Part shown: one piece after another, positions 18,401 through 27,944 of the stretch
Position numbering within the stretch: the first letter of the stretch is position 1
How the letters are laid out: each line of letters starts with the position of its first letter
Virus record (IMG/VR): IMGVR_UViG_3300044695_001846
Span: 9,530 to 73,529 of that record
DNA: 64,000 nt
Source: a virus
Taxonomy: Duplodnaviria; Caudoviricetes
Direction: 5' to 3' (one strand)
Notes under the pieces: model-generated
The model's input: the letters and a program-made list of their open reading frames with translations, nothing else
What the model was told of the DNA's origin: nothing
Databases searched by the model: none
Made by a program: the position numbers and the translations under genes

Positions 18401-19114
18401 CCAGAGCTAAGACCTAGCTTCACAGCAGCTGGAATTCAACTATTTATGATGTTTGACAAAGAAAGACTTTTTTCTTCAAGACAGTTGTTAGGAAGAATTA
18501 TTTCATCAGACAGATCTGTAGACATTGTTTTAGTTCCAGAAGAAGATCAAAAAAGAGCCTCTCTAAAGTTTTTTGACACATTTACACAGAATGAAGAAAC
18601 TGGATTTAAAGCATTTTTAAATGGAAGGTTCAGCGACAATATTTTAATTAGACCTCTTGAATGGAACGTTCTTACCGTTTCTTTTGAATCCAGCTCCTTT
18701 GAATTAAATTCAAGAATTGCACAGCTAGAAATTTATTCAGGAATAGTTGTTAATAATGTTTCTATCTTTAAAAAATCTACCGAAGTTTCTAGCATATCAG
18801 AATCTTCAAATGAGTGGATCAATGTACTTAGAGACCTAGACGTTTATGGAGCAGCTCAGCCAGAATTTGATTGGGACTATTGGCAGGATGATACTGAGCA
18901 GGGTGGTGTTGGATTTGCTACATGGACTAACGTTCTTAATTTCCAAAGGAATACTGCAGTAAAAATTACTATCAATGGAGAAGGAATTTTTAATTCATAT
19001 ACTGGTCTTTCTTCTGTAGTATCTGATGATAATAGTATGCTCAATGTCAATTTTGACAGTATAAGACTGTTTAATGACGTAACCTGGGACACTTTTGTGA
19101 CAAAACCTGTATAG
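15455..19114 (+). CDS. Large putative virion protein (LamG/concanavalin-like domains)
   Basis: 1219 aa; HPIALWSLDE start, TAEFWLR...LMING beta-rich motifs; upstream of the portal. Confidence 0.55.
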   Translation: MSYKNANLYASRVFAEHPIALWSLDEDYFFLSLVPESDKKITDSTWSISGGQYSSSTTFPENAPIIGDYTSKFFIPTSSSSQYIDIIGDPIVYQDSIDEAKGSICFSLNVFAPVGKNVATYDIGFIVGGQRYYLNHTVESEGSWQKISYTKQITSTENLTPFIKINYSDNLETGEVNSPVYINGLSVGQWSEPYNHKNTGVFSEELPESLTSLLPYAGFLKGLRLDAYGFNDLDDAYIIQERKRLLAEKANVPMVYGSRNNVSIFSKNSLEVFEDFASGGSSFESVFIDLIDGGSSSATFTSSVDAGTSSYLNEDILLPSIIFPGKGFLNNSGKYTNLTAEFWLRINNESVSPVRIFGPLTSDDGIYVESSFITIIVGKHVKSYFIGSWYRPMLVHFNQSPNEISLMINGEKIISIPVDLELIESLTSESEDFLAFFGDDKISIFEIDCFSIFPYIVSEQIAKRRYVYGQGVEEQDSLLENINGDLHQIDFAFSGYGSTISYPDRTQWDSGYFNNLKVDSSGLALIDYNLPEVLFNYVSASATVTQLQSENFLSSFESDNFLIQDETYPFLSMSPSASYSNYYGTLHFSKLNQLNHPTSSIYGIFKAPEGINQEQTVLYFENSRNNDYFKVALSSGSLQYIYNGSVLTKTPVSGGEFFAAGFDIDKISTTYASQIKNFFSNPETISFNVAGYGQSKFYGKMFSLTINNKFYTQKDSLFNEFGIAEKTFTGDKFSYVGSYTLVPKTSNSTVYLDIASSGYWESSIPLSYFGKYITDSKGNRVYDLDLIQFNIDAPTSPFIIGDEVSTDFQNSSPVKSYITLQEKTNVGMVPYTDYVLTRLISQESKILDFDEENDLETTKFLVSDGTIVFPPDFIGNFSDYYIGVHIELKSDGTKTNNLKVKRMSFASLSFDESEFFAINTTGGRKVYPIVKTQDQYVYDQKNPVIIDIESSPYLYLTKNSGIHVAPYLEESGLERGISFPINPELRPSFTAAGIQLFMMFDKERLFSSRQLLGRIISSDRSVDIVLVPEEDQKRASLKFFDTFTQNEETGFKAFLNGRFSDNILIRPLEWNVLTVSFESSSFELNSRIAQLEIYSGIVVNNVSIFKKSTEVSSISESSNEWINVLRDLDVYGAAQPEFDWDYWQDDTEQGGVGFATWTNVLNFQRNTAVKITINGEGIFNSYTGLSSVVSDDNSMLNVNFDSIRLFNDVTWDTFVTKPV

Positions 19115-19132
19115 TCGTGGTACAATAATGTC

Positions 19133-19504
19133 ATGGATTATCTAGAAGGATTACAAAAACTGCCAAACAAGCCAAAAGTAAGCTACGTTGAAAACGATGC
19201 TGAATATGGTCTATATGTTTGGAAAACAGAAACAGGCAGAGTATTTGGAGATGGAGATGGAAGTTTTATGAACATTCCAGCCAGAAAATATGATTTAACT
19301 GCTATTAATAGAATTACACAAGCTGCAGCACATTACGGAGCTGGTCCAGGCAAGGCAGTATTTATGCCAGGAGTTACAAGAATTACAGAAGAAGAGCATT
19401 CTGTTCAAATTGACAGAATGAAGCAGGGCTATATTCCAAGTGAATTCGATACTGGTGCTTTTGCTGATGCTGCAAGGGGGCTAAAAGAGCATGGAAATGA
19501 CTAA
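19133..19504 (+). CDS. Hypothetical protein upstream of the portal
   Basis: 123-aa ORF; TGGTACAAT ends 6 nt before the ATG. Confidence 0.7.
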   Translation: MDYLEGLQKLPNKPKVSYVENDAEYGLYVWKTETGRVFGDGDGSFMNIPARKYDLTAINRITQAAAHYGAGPGKAVFMPGVTRITEEEHSVQIDRMKQGYIPSEFDTGAFADAARGLKEHGND

Positions 19505-21050
19505 TGAAGTAATTGCTAGAATTGATAATCTAGACAAGAATAAGCCATCTGCAAATAAAACAGATGACTTTATGACAGAATCAGATCTTGTAAAAAGTTT
19601 TGATGGAATTGATGCAAACTTTAAACGCAGAATTACAAGAATGAACAAGGCTTACACTGGTCAAGATGGTGTAAAGTCTAAGCAATTATTTCCAGAGCAA
19701 GACGTAACCACAGCCTATGGTCTTTTTGATGTCGTGTTGCCACCTTATAATCTTGACGAACTAGCATTCTTTTTTGATAATTCATTTGCAAACCATGCTG
19801 CAATTAATGCAAAAGTTGCAAACACAGTTGGTCTTGGATATGGGTTTATAATGTCTGACATTGTTAAAGCAAGAATAGAAGAGATTGAAGACACAAATCA
19901 AAGAGTTAGGGCTCAGAGAAAAGTTGAAAGAGCTAAGTCTGAATTAGGTAATTGGCTTGAAGAACTAAATGATGAAGATACCTTTACCCATGTCCTTGAA
20001 AAAGCAATGACAGATTATGAAGCAACTGGTAATGGATACATTGAAATTGGAAGAAAGAATACTGGGGAGATTGGGTATATCGGTCATATCCCTGCAACAA
20101 CAGTTCGTGTAAGACGTATGCGTGATGGATATGTTCAGATTGTAAATCAAAGAGTAGTCTTCTTTAAAAACTTTCAAGACAAAAAAACAGTAAATCCAGT
20201 AACTACAGATCAAAGACCAAATGAACTTATTCATATTAAAAAGTATAGTCCTAAGAATACATACTATGGAGTTCCAGATGTTGTGTCTGCTGCAACCTCA
20301 GTAGTTGGAGACCAACTTGCTGCAAGATATAATATTGATTATTTTGAGAATAAAGCAGTGCCAAGATACATTGTTACACTAAAGGGTGCAAAGCTAAGTT
20401 CAGAAGCAGAAGATAAGTTGTTTAGATTCCTACAGTCTGGTCTTCGTGGACAGAATCATAGAACTCTTTACATCCCACTTCCTGGAGACGGTCCAGACAA
20501 CAAAGTTGAATTTAAAATGGAACCAGTTGAAAATGGAATTCAAGAAGGATCATTTGATAAATACAGAACTTCAAATGTTCATGATATTCTTATGGCACAC
20601 CAGGTTCCAATTTCTAAAGTTGGTTCAGATCCTGGTAGTTCGATTGCATCAGCACTCGTATCTGATAGAACATTTAAAGAACAGGTAGCAAGACCAGCTC
20701 AAAAGAATTTAGAAAAAACAATCAATAAGCTTATTAAAGAAAAGACAGACATTCTTTTGCTAAAGTTTAATGAATTAACTTTGACTGATGAAAATACTCA
20801 GAGTCAAATTGATGAAAGATATCTAAGAGCACAAGTTGTTGTTCCAAATGATATTAGACCTAGACTTGGACTCCCAGTAGTTCCACAAGGAGACGCTCCA
20901 GTAGTTATGACCCCTCAACAACGTGCAGAGCAAAATGCTCAAATGTCTGGAACAAGACAAAGAGATCAACAAAGAACGGACCAAGCTTCAGATTCAACTG
21001 CAACGACAACAGGAAGAAATCCTGGTGGCGAAGGAAGATCTGTAGTATAA
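19491..21050 (+). CDS. Portal protein
   Basis: GNGYIE, HIPATTVR, ELIHIK...YYGVP, YFENKAVP, HQVP; precedes protease and capsid genes. Confidence 0.9.
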   Translation: MEMTNEVIARIDNLDKNKPSANKTDDFMTESDLVKSFDGIDANFKRRITRMNKAYTGQDGVKSKQLFPEQDVTTAYGLFDVVLPPYNLDELAFFFDNSFANHAAINAKVANTVGLGYGFIMSDIVKARIEEIEDTNQRVRAQRKVERAKSELGNWLEELNDEDTFTHVLEKAMTDYEATGNGYIEIGRKNTGEIGYIGHIPATTVRVRRMRDGYVQIVNQRVVFFKNFQDKKTVNPVTTDQRPNELIHIKKYSPKNTYYGVPDVVSAATSVVGDQLAARYNIDYFENKAVPRYIVTLKGAKLSSEAEDKLFRFLQSGLRGQNHRTLYIPLPGDGPDNKVEFKMEPVENGIQEGSFDKYRTSNVHDILMAHQVPISKVGSDPGSSIASALVSDRTFKEQVARPAQKNLEKTINKLIKEKTDILLLKFNELTLTDENTQSQIDERYLRAQVVVPNDIRPRLGLPVVPQGDAPVVMTPQQRAEQNAQMSGTRQRDQQRTDQASDSTATTTGRNPGGEGRSVV

Positions 21051-21099
21051 TATAACAATATTATAAAATATAAAAAAATACATATATAATAGGAATAAC

Positions 21100-22497
21100 A
21101 TGACTAATTTAAGCAAGGCTTATTGGACATCAGATAACGATGATATCAAGTTATCAATGCCAATCGCTAAAGTAGATGTAGAGCGTAGAATCGTTTCTGG
21201 ATTTGCTACGCTTGATAACATTGACAAGCAAGCAGACATTGTTCCTACTGATGTAAGTATAAAGGCTTTTGAAACATTCCGTGGCAACTTGAGAGAAATG
21301 CATCAGTCTATTGCAGTTGGCAAAGTTGTTAATTTTAGACAAGAAAAGTTTTTTGACAAGTCTACAGACAAACTTTACAACGGTGTTTATGTAGACGCAT
21401 ATATTTCTAAAGGTGCTCAGGATACCTGGGAAAAGGTTCTTGATGGCACTCTTTCAGGTTTTTCAATTGGCGGAGTAATCAAAGATTCAGAAAATAGCTG
21501 GGATGAGAATATTGATAAGACAATTAGAATTGTTAAAGACTATGAACTTCATGAACTATCTTTAGTAGATAATCCAGCAAATCAATTTGCAAATGTTGTG
21601 TCAATTCAGAAAGTTAATAAGGACGAACAAATTGATGGTATAATTGCAAAAGCAGATCTTGAAAATGTCTACTGGTGTGAGAATGACGGTATCGTCAGAC
21701 TTTCAGAAGTTGACGATTCAAGTTGCCCATCATGTGAAGTCAGTATGAAAAATATTGGTTTTGTTGAGACAAAGGATGTAGAGAAAGCTATGACAGTTAA
21801 ATCAATTTTAAACAAGTTTATTGGTTCTACAGACCTTGCTAAATCTGAAGATGTTTCCGAAACCCCACAAACTTCAGGCGAAACGCTTGAATCAGCGATT
21901 GACAATAATGCGTCAATTGTTAAAAACAATATAGAGGAGGAGAACAACGTGTCAGAAGATAATACAGTAGTAGAAGAGACCGTTGAAGAAGTTGCAGCTG
22001 AAGAAGCTGTTAATGAAGCTCCTGCCGAAGAAACCGTAGAAAAGTCAGTTGACGCAGTTGACGCTGTTGAGGAAACAGTAGCTAAGTCTGCTGATCCAGA
22101 AGAAGCACCTGCAGAAGAAGTTGCAGAAGAAGTTGCTTCTGATGAAGTTGAAGTTGAGAAGTCTGTTATTGCAGAAGATACAACCGATTCTGAGCTTGTA
22201 AAAGCTGTTGACGAAATTAAGGTTTCAGTAACAGAGGCAGTGAGTGAACTTGTTTCAACAATTAAGTCACTAAATGAAGAGATTGCAGACCTTAAAAAGG
22301 GTCACGCCACAGTAGCAGAAGAAGTTGCTGGAGTAAGAGGCAGTCTTGAAGAGTTTGGAAAGCGTGTGGATGGTCTAGAAGACGATACCGCTGTCCGTAA
22401 GTCTGGCGATCTTGGCGGGATCGTTCAGGGAAATACAATAAGAAAAGGGTCTATGTGGGGTGGACGTTTCCTAAATTCCGCTGACCTATATCATTAA
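21100..22497 (+). CDS. Prohead protease fused to an acidic scaffold
   Basis: RIVSGFA, LREMH, GFSIGG, ELSLVDNPAN; Glu/Ala-rich coiled-coil C-terminus. Confidence 0.9.
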   Translation: MTNLSKAYWTSDNDDIKLSMPIAKVDVERRIVSGFATLDNIDKQADIVPTDVSIKAFETFRGNLREMHQSIAVGKVVNFRQEKFFDKSTDKLYNGVYVDAYISKGAQDTWEKVLDGTLSGFSIGGVIKDSENSWDENIDKTIRIVKDYELHELSLVDNPANQFANVVSIQKVNKDEQIDGIIAKADLENVYWCENDGIVRLSEVDDSSCPSCEVSMKNIGFVETKDVEKAMTVKSILNKFIGSTDLAKSEDVSETPQTSGETLESAIDNNASIVKNNIEEENNVSEDNTVVEETVEEVAAEEAVNEAPAEETVEKSVDAVDAVEETVAKSADPEEAPAEEVAEEVASDEVEVEKSVIAEDTTDSELVKAVDEIKVSVTEAVSELVSTIKSLNEEIADLKKGHATVAEEVAGVRGSLEEFGKRVDGLEDDTAVRKSGDLGGIVQGNTIRKGSMWGGRFLNSADLYH

Positions 22498-22521
22498 GAG
22501 AAACTGGAGGTGAAATAAAAA

Positions 22522-23517
22522 ATGACAGAAAATAATGAAATTTTAGAAAAAGCGGCTGCAGCTGGTACTATCGCATCTGGTGGTATTGGTGGAGTAAGTA
22601 CTCCAGCAGCTGGAATTCTTGACAATACTAACCCAGTTGGTGATCTAGTGTCTGATGGCGGTATTTTGCAGCCTGAACAGTCACGTCAGTTTATTGAGTA
22701 TATCTTTGAACAGCAGGTTCTAGCCCAAGATGGTCGTAGAGTCACAATGAGAGCTAACACAACTGAACTTGAGAAGATGAATGTTGGAGAGCGTGTAATC
22801 CGTGCAGCAGCACAGGCAGACGCAACCTACACTAACGCTGATGTACAGTTTACAAAGGTTACTCTTACAACCAAGAAGATTCGTCTTGATTGGGAAGTTT
22901 CGACTGAAGCTCTTGAAGATAATATCGAAGGTGCTGGTCTGGAGGATCACTTGGTCCGTACAATGACCCGTGCGTTTGCTAACGATCTTGAAGATCTAGC
23001 CATCAATGGTACAGGAACTGGTACAAACAACTTCCTGAACATCCTTGAAGGTTTCGTATCAATCGAAGCCGATGGTAATTCAGCAACTTATGGTACAACT
23101 ATCGAAAGTTTGCAGGGACTTGTTCTTGCAATGCCTCGTAAGTACCGTGGTTCCCGTTCAAACATGAAGTTCTATGCAGACACTGAAACCGTTGCTGCAA
23201 TAATCAACGGTCTTGGTTCTTCTGGTAACTTGAATTCAGAGCGTATCATTGAACGTGTAGTTGATGGAGTTGCTCCGTCAACTCTTGGTGCACCAATTCA
23301 ATATCGTGTTCTAGGTCTTCCATTGGTTGAAGTTCCTTTGATGCCAGCTGGTTATGTATCACTTACATTCCCAGAAAACCGCATCTGGGGCTTCCAGAGA
23401 GACGTAACAGTACACCGTGAGTTCAAGCCAAAGAAGGATACAGTAGAATATACCGTATTCCTACGCTTTGGTGTAGCAGTTGAAGAAACTGATGCAGTAG
23501 CATTCATGCAAGACTAA
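22522..23517 (+). CDS. Major capsid protein (HK97 fold)
   Basis: GGILQPEQSRQFI, EALEDNIE, DLEDLAING; strong RBS GGAGGTG; follows the protease. Confidence 0.9.
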   Translation: MTENNEILEKAAAAGTIASGGIGGVSTPAAGILDNTNPVGDLVSDGGILQPEQSRQFIEYIFEQQVLAQDGRRVTMRANTTELEKMNVGERVIRAAAQADATYTNADVQFTKVTLTTKKIRLDWEVSTEALEDNIEGAGLEDHLVRTMTRAFANDLEDLAINGTGTGTNNFLNILEGFVSIEADGNSATYGTTIESLQGLVLAMPRKYRGSRSNMKFYADTETVAAIINGLGSSGNLNSERIIERVVDGVAPSTLGAPIQYRVLGLPLVEVPLMPAGYVSLTFPENRIWGFQRDVTVHREFKPKKDTVEYTVFLRFGVAVEETDAVAFMQD

Positions 23518-23530
23518 TTATAGTCACACT

Positions 23531-23562
23531 TGGAGGGGAGGCATTAATTTGTCTCCCCTTCA
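23531..23562 (+). terminator. Stem-loop after the capsid gene, probable terminator
   Basis: TGGAGGGGAGGCA-ttaatt-TGTCTCCCCTTCA. Confidence 0.7.
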
Positions 23563-23597
23563 TCTATTTATGAATGATATAATAATATAGATGTATT

Positions 23598-23789
23598 ATG
23601 ACAAAAGTTAAAGATAATCTTGTTTGTTTATTTGTAGAAAATGCAAGTATCTATGAAAAAACTCTTGGTAAACTTAACAGAGGATATAATGTTGTAAGTA
23701 AAGAAGATGCTGATATCTGGGTTAGTAAATTCCCCAAAATTAGAGTCACATCTCCAGAGGAGGTAGCCGAAGCTTTCGGTGTTAAATAA
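23598..23789 (+). CDS. Hypothetical small head-region protein
   Basis: 63 aa; preceded by TGATATAAT (23575-23583); coupled to the next gene. Confidence 0.6.
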   Translation: MTKVKDNLVCLFVENASIYEKTLGKLNRGYNVVSKEDADIWVSKFPKIRVTSPEEVAEAFGVK

Positions 23790-24661
23790 TGGAAGTTTTA
23801 AGAATTAATGGGGGTATCCCAACAGCTTTGTTTTCAGGTCTTGTTCCAAATAGCCTGTACACCCTTGAGTATTCAGACATTTTAACAGATGTAGTTGTTT
23901 CAGCAAGTGCTACTGCAAACGCAACTGGAGAAGTATCCTTCCTACTTAATGAAAAGTACGCATCGTATGATGCAGTTTTAGATGCAAATGTTTATGACTA
24001 TTTAGATGAAGTAGTTGTTGCTACAAATATTGATGTTGTTAGACCATACACAAACATCTCTACCCTTGCCACAGATTTAAATAAAACTGTTACACAGGTA
24101 AAAGAAATGGAAAGAATTGCAAGGTACATCATTGATTCAGAAGTTTCTCAAGGATTTGGATATGTTAGAAAAGAAAAAGAAATTGTTGGCAATGGATCTG
24201 ACTATCTAGTAGTTAATGAAAAGATTAATAAACTTTACAAGGTGTATGAAAATGGAACTCTTTTATATGATTCAACATCAGATACTAATGAATTAAATTT
24301 TACAATTAGCAAAGATAAGACTTCTATAGTTCCACTACACGAAGAAAGCAATAAAACAGAATACCCACAGGTATGGAGAGATAGATATTTGTCTAGAGCT
24401 TTTTCTGATGGGTATGATTATGTAATTGATGCAGACTTTGGATACAAAGTAGTCCCTCAGGATATTCAAGAAGCTACAAGACTTTTGTGCTCAGACATCT
24501 CAAGTGATAATATGAAGTATCTTAATAAGTATATTGAGTCATTTGATAATGATGACTTTAAGATTAAATTTGCAAAGAACTTCAATGCTAGCACAGGAAA
24601 TCTTGTAGTAGATAGAATTTTAACAAAGTATAAGAATAATATTCGTATCGGGGTGTTATAA
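23789..24661 (+). CDS. Head-to-tail adaptor
   Basis: GYKVVPQDIQEATRLL motif; position after the capsid gene. Confidence 0.7.
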   Translation: MEVLRINGGIPTALFSGLVPNSLYTLEYSDILTDVVVSASATANATGEVSFLLNEKYASYDAVLDANVYDYLDEVVVATNIDVVRPYTNISTLATDLNKTVTQVKEMERIARYIIDSEVSQGFGYVRKEKEIVGNGSDYLVVNEKINKLYKVYENGTLLYDSTSDTNELNFTISKDKTSIVPLHEESNKTEYPQVWRDRYLSRAFSDGYDYVIDADFGYKVVPQDIQEATRLLCSDISSDNMKYLNKYIESFDNDDFKIKFAKNFNASTGNLVVDRILTKYKNNIRIGVL

Positions 24662-25135
24662 ATGCTTTTTAATTCAGCCTTTGATGATATTTTTTATCCA
24701 ATGACTGCTGATATTTACTACGCAGTAGAAACACAGTCTGAATATGGAAATATGACAAGAACTTGGCAATTTGACAGAACTGTAAATTGTTCAGCAATTA
24801 CTGCTACTTCTGGAGTTTTGACTGCAGAGCTAAGGGTAAAGGATAAGTTTTTAGATTATGAATCATCTTTATTCTTTAGAACAAATGAAGATATAAGAAA
24901 AAGTACTTCTGGAAAATACTATCCAATAACAGCAACTGCAGTTACAAATATGAGAGATCCAAATGGTGATCCAGTATGGATTAATGCAGAAAATCTTAAA
25001 ACAAAAGCTGAAACTGTTAAGACAAAGTATGAAGTTAAAACAATCATTCCAAGCTTTGACATGTTTCATAACATTGGAATGTATAGAGTATTCTTAAATC
25101 GTTCAGCTAATCAAAAGTGGGATATACCAGAATGA
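24662..25135 (+). CDS. Head-tail joining (stopper) protein
   Basis: Synteny and size; YGNMTRTW motif. Confidence 0.55.
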   Translation: MLFNSAFDDIFYPMTADIYYAVETQSEYGNMTRTWQFDRTVNCSAITATSGVLTAELRVKDKFLDYESSLFFRTNEDIRKSTSGKYYPITATAVTNMRDPNGDPVWINAENLKTKAETVKTKYEVKTIIPSFDMFHNIGMYRVFLNRSANQKWDIPE

Positions 25136-25821
25136 TAACAGCTAGAATCAAGGGTGATGACGTTATAAGAATGCTTAGAAATTCTGTAGAGTATTCAAGT
25201 TCTTTTATGACAGAGTTAAAAGGAAATCAAGATATTTTAAATGCAAAAGTTGGTGAAGAATCAGTTGATGCTTTCTACGATTACCTTGATGGTCTTGCAA
25301 GGCTTCATCCAGGAATGCTACACCATGTCTACGAATGGGGGCAAGTCGGAGATCCAATGGGAAGACTCTTTGATTTAACAATGTCCCCTAATAAAACATC
25401 TGCAGTAATTACTGCTGAATTCTTAGAATCTGATGTACCATCTCCAACATCTTCAGAACCTTTTTATGACAAGGCACAAATTATGGAAGATGGAAGAACT
25501 GTAACAATTAATCAAGTTGAGGCAAAGGCACTATTCTTCGAAATAGATGGTGAAGAATTTTTTAGAAGCGGTCCAATTGTAATTGCAAATCCTGGAGGAG
25601 AAGCTACAAGAGGATCTTTCTTACAAGCATTTGATGAATTCTATGGATCTTATTTTACAGAAGTACATTTAAAGGCAATAAGATTTTATAAATATTTTTC
25701 AAATCCAAAAACATTTGAAACTTACTTTGGTTCTGCTGCTAGGGGTGGAGCTAAATCAAAAGGTAAAAAAGCTGCACTATCATGGATTATGAACGCACCA
25801 GGAGGAAGAAATGGTTTATAG
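25132..25821 (+). CDS. Neck/tail completion protein
   Basis: Synteny between stopper and tail terminator; LHHVYEW motif; likely start MITARI. Confidence 0.5.
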   Translation: MITARIKGDDVIRMLRNSVEYSSSFMTELKGNQDILNAKVGEESVDAFYDYLDGLARLHPGMLHHVYEWGQVGDPMGRLFDLTMSPNKTSAVITAEFLESDVPSPTSSEPFYDKAQIMEDGRTVTINQVEAKALFFEIDGEEFFRSGPIVIANPGGEATRGSFLQAFDEFYGSYFTEVHLKAIRFYKYFSNPKTFETYFGSAARGGAKSKGKKAALSWIMNAPGGRNGL

Positions 25822-26389
25822 ACCAGAAAATATTATCAATCTTTATGTTTGGGAACAGTTTAAAACTCACGCCCCTGCATTCTACAACCTCTATGGTCCA
25901 ACTTCTGGAGGGGCAGACATTATCCCCTTTTTCCCTGCACCAGCAAACAACCTGCCAACTGCTGTAATTGACAATGACCTACCTTATGTTATGTTTGATA
26001 AGTTTAGTAGAATCCGTGGGGGCTATAAATATTTCTACCCTATCAAGACTGACCAAATGAGATATACAATCGTTGGTGGCTCTCTGTACGACATTAACAG
26101 GAACCAGCAGGACAGGTATGCAACAACTATAAACCTTACAAGTCTTATTCAAAATATCCTAGATAGAGAAGATGATGCAGCTCAGGATATTAATGAATTT
26201 ACCAAGACTTTGCCAGATTATAACAATCCTAATTATCCAGAATTAAACAAATATTACTTCCATTGTGTTAATGTTTACCAGTCAGGGTTTACAGATACAC
26301 AACAAGATGTCTCTGATTTTATGGAATATAATCCAACTAGAGACCTTATTATCAAATATGACTATCATTCCAAACAGTTTAATGAATGA
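25811..26389 (+). CDS. Putative tail terminator
   Basis: Immediately upstream of the tail tube gene; LPYVMF motif. Confidence 0.5.
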   Translation: MVYRPENIINLYVWEQFKTHAPAFYNLYGPTSGGADIIPFFPAPANNLPTAVIDNDLPYVMFDKFSRIRGGYKYFYPIKTDQMRYTIVGGSLYDINRNQQDRYATTINLTSLIQNILDREDDAAQDINEFTKTLPDYNNPNYPELNKYYFHCVNVYQSGFTDTQQDVSDFMEYNPTRDLIIKYDYHSKQFNE

Positions 26390-26467
26390 TAAAAACTAGG
26401 GGTATACTTAACTTAGGAAACGCCAATCTCCCCATAAATTTTAAGACTAAAAAAGAGGTGAAAAAAT

Positions 26468-27172
26468 ATGGCAACTCGTGGAAATTCCAATCAAATTATC
26501 GTTGGTGCAGCCCAACTCTTCGTTTCGAAGCAGGGTCCACTAGAATATAGTAGTGCAAGTGCTGTTTACGGCTTTAGTGCTAGTCCTAATATCTCTGGAT
26601 ACCCTTCAATCAGTGCCTCTGGAGCTTATGCAGATAAGCTTGAAGCAGATAGCGCAAACTGGAGAAATGTAGGCTACACAATGAACGGCTTAGAAGTACA
26701 GTTCCAACCAGACTTCGGTGAAGTCCAGGTAGATCAGCTTCTTGACGTTGCAAAGCTTTACAAGCAAGGTATGCAGGTAAGCATGGTAACAGCATTTGCT
26801 GAAGGTACACTTGAGAACCTTCTTGTTTCTATTGCAGCAGCAAACAGTACTTATGATGCTACTGGTGCAACCATCAATAGCTCAGGAAGACTAACTGCTG
26901 GAGAAATTCAACTTGAATTAACAGCAGGTGAGCTAGGTGAAGTTCCTGTGGAACGTGCACTTATCGCCGTTGGTCCAGGTTCTGGTGATCCATCATCAAC
27001 TGGTAATGCAAAGGTAGAGCGTGTTTATGTAGGCAATCGTGTTCTCTCAATTGAGAACGTAACTGTTTCTGCAAAGCGTGATACACCTTCTATGTATGAA
27101 GTTACATTCCGTTTGCTTCCAGCATCCAATGGTTCCTATGGCAAGATCGTTGATCGTGTCGTTGGTAACTAA
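26468..27172 (+). CDS. Major tail (tube) protein
   Basis: IIVGAAQLF, VGYTMNGL, VDQL, AEGTLENL; strong RBS; followed by a terminator. Confidence 0.85.
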   Translation: MATRGNSNQIIVGAAQLFVSKQGPLEYSSASAVYGFSASPNISGYPSISASGAYADKLEADSANWRNVGYTMNGLEVQFQPDFGEVQVDQLLDVAKLYKQGMQVSMVTAFAEGTLENLLVSIAAANSTYDATGATINSSGRLTAGEIQLELTAGELGEVPVERALIAVGPGSGDPSSTGNAKVERVYVGNRVLSIENVTVSAKRDTPSMYEVTFRLLPASNGSYGKIVDRVVGN

Positions 27173-27191
27173 AAATTAAATATAGAAACTT

Positions 27192-27227
27192 TGCCCACCC
27201 CCTAAAAAGGGTGGGCATTGTTTGTTT
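27192..27227 (+). terminator. Rho-independent terminator
   Basis: TGCCCACCC-loop-GGGTGGGCA followed by TTGTTTGTTT. Confidence 0.8.
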
Positions 27228-27273
27228 AATAAGCCTTTTATGATATAATTGAATATAATCTATAGGAGGATTA

Positions 27274-27609
27274 ATGGCAACCAGTATTTACGAAGTTGTA
27301 GAAGTAGAACTATTAGATGGTTCACAAATTTCTATGAAACCGCTTAAGATTTCTTTATTGAGAGATTTTATGAAAGAGTTTCAGAAGATATCAGATCCAA
27401 AGATTTCAGAAGACAATATTAAGTCAATGGATCTTTTGTTAAACTGTGCTGTTATTGCAATGAAGCAATACAATGCAGAGTTGGCAACTAAGGAGCAGCT
27501 AGAAGACATCATGGATCTTCCAACTGTGTACAAGGTAATTGAAGTAGCTGCAGGGATTCAGTTAAATGACCCAAACGCACTGGCAGCGGCTCTAGTTGGG
27601 ACGAACTAG
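27274..27609 (+). CDS. Tail assembly chaperone (gpG-like)
   Basis: Between tail tube and tape measure genes; TGATATAAT promoter (27241-27249) and AGGAGG RBS. Confidence 0.8.
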   Translation: MATSIYEVVEVELLDGSQISMKPLKISLLRDFMKEFQKISDPKISEDNIKSMDLLLNCAVIAMKQYNAELATKEQLEDIMDLPTVYKVIEVAAGIQLNDPNALAAALVGTN

Positions 27610-27944
27610 ATCTAGCTGAGATAGAATCTAGAGTATTTCTTCTGGGGTTCTGGAAGAATTATTCTGAAATGGAAGAAAGCATATCTATGCCTGAACTAGT
27701 AGCAATACTAGAAGCTAAAAATAAAGAAGATTACGAAAGTAAGAAATTTATGGCAGCACTTCAGGGAGTAAATCTTGATTCCGATTCGTCTGAAAACAAA
27801 TGGGAAGAAATGAAGGCTAGAGTGTATAGCGGTGGCGCAACCTCTAACCCAAATGATATCCTGGCTCTACAAGGACATGCTGCACAACGTGCTGGCTTTG
27901 GAATTGGAAATGGGCTAGATTATGAGGTGATCTATAGTGGCTGA
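27570..27944 (+). CDS. Tail assembly chaperone extension (gpT-like), reached by -1 frameshift
   Basis: The -1 frame is open from 27570 (after TGA), starting at slippery heptamer C-CCA-AAC, and reads SWDELDLAEIESRVFLLGFWKNYSEMEES into the 27669 ORF. Confidence 0.75.
   Translation, partial: PKRTGSGSSWDELDLAEIESRVFLLGFWKNYSEMEESISMPELVAILEAKNKEDYESKKFMAALQGVNLDSDSSENKWEEMKARVYSGGATSNPNDILALQGHAAQRAGFGIGNGLDYEVIYSG

Noticed and set aside
27607-27668. Stop-codon readthrough or alternative genetic code at the chaperone TAG
   Set aside because: The downstream ORF is in the -1 frame, and core genes are intact under the standard code with TAG used as a normal stop.
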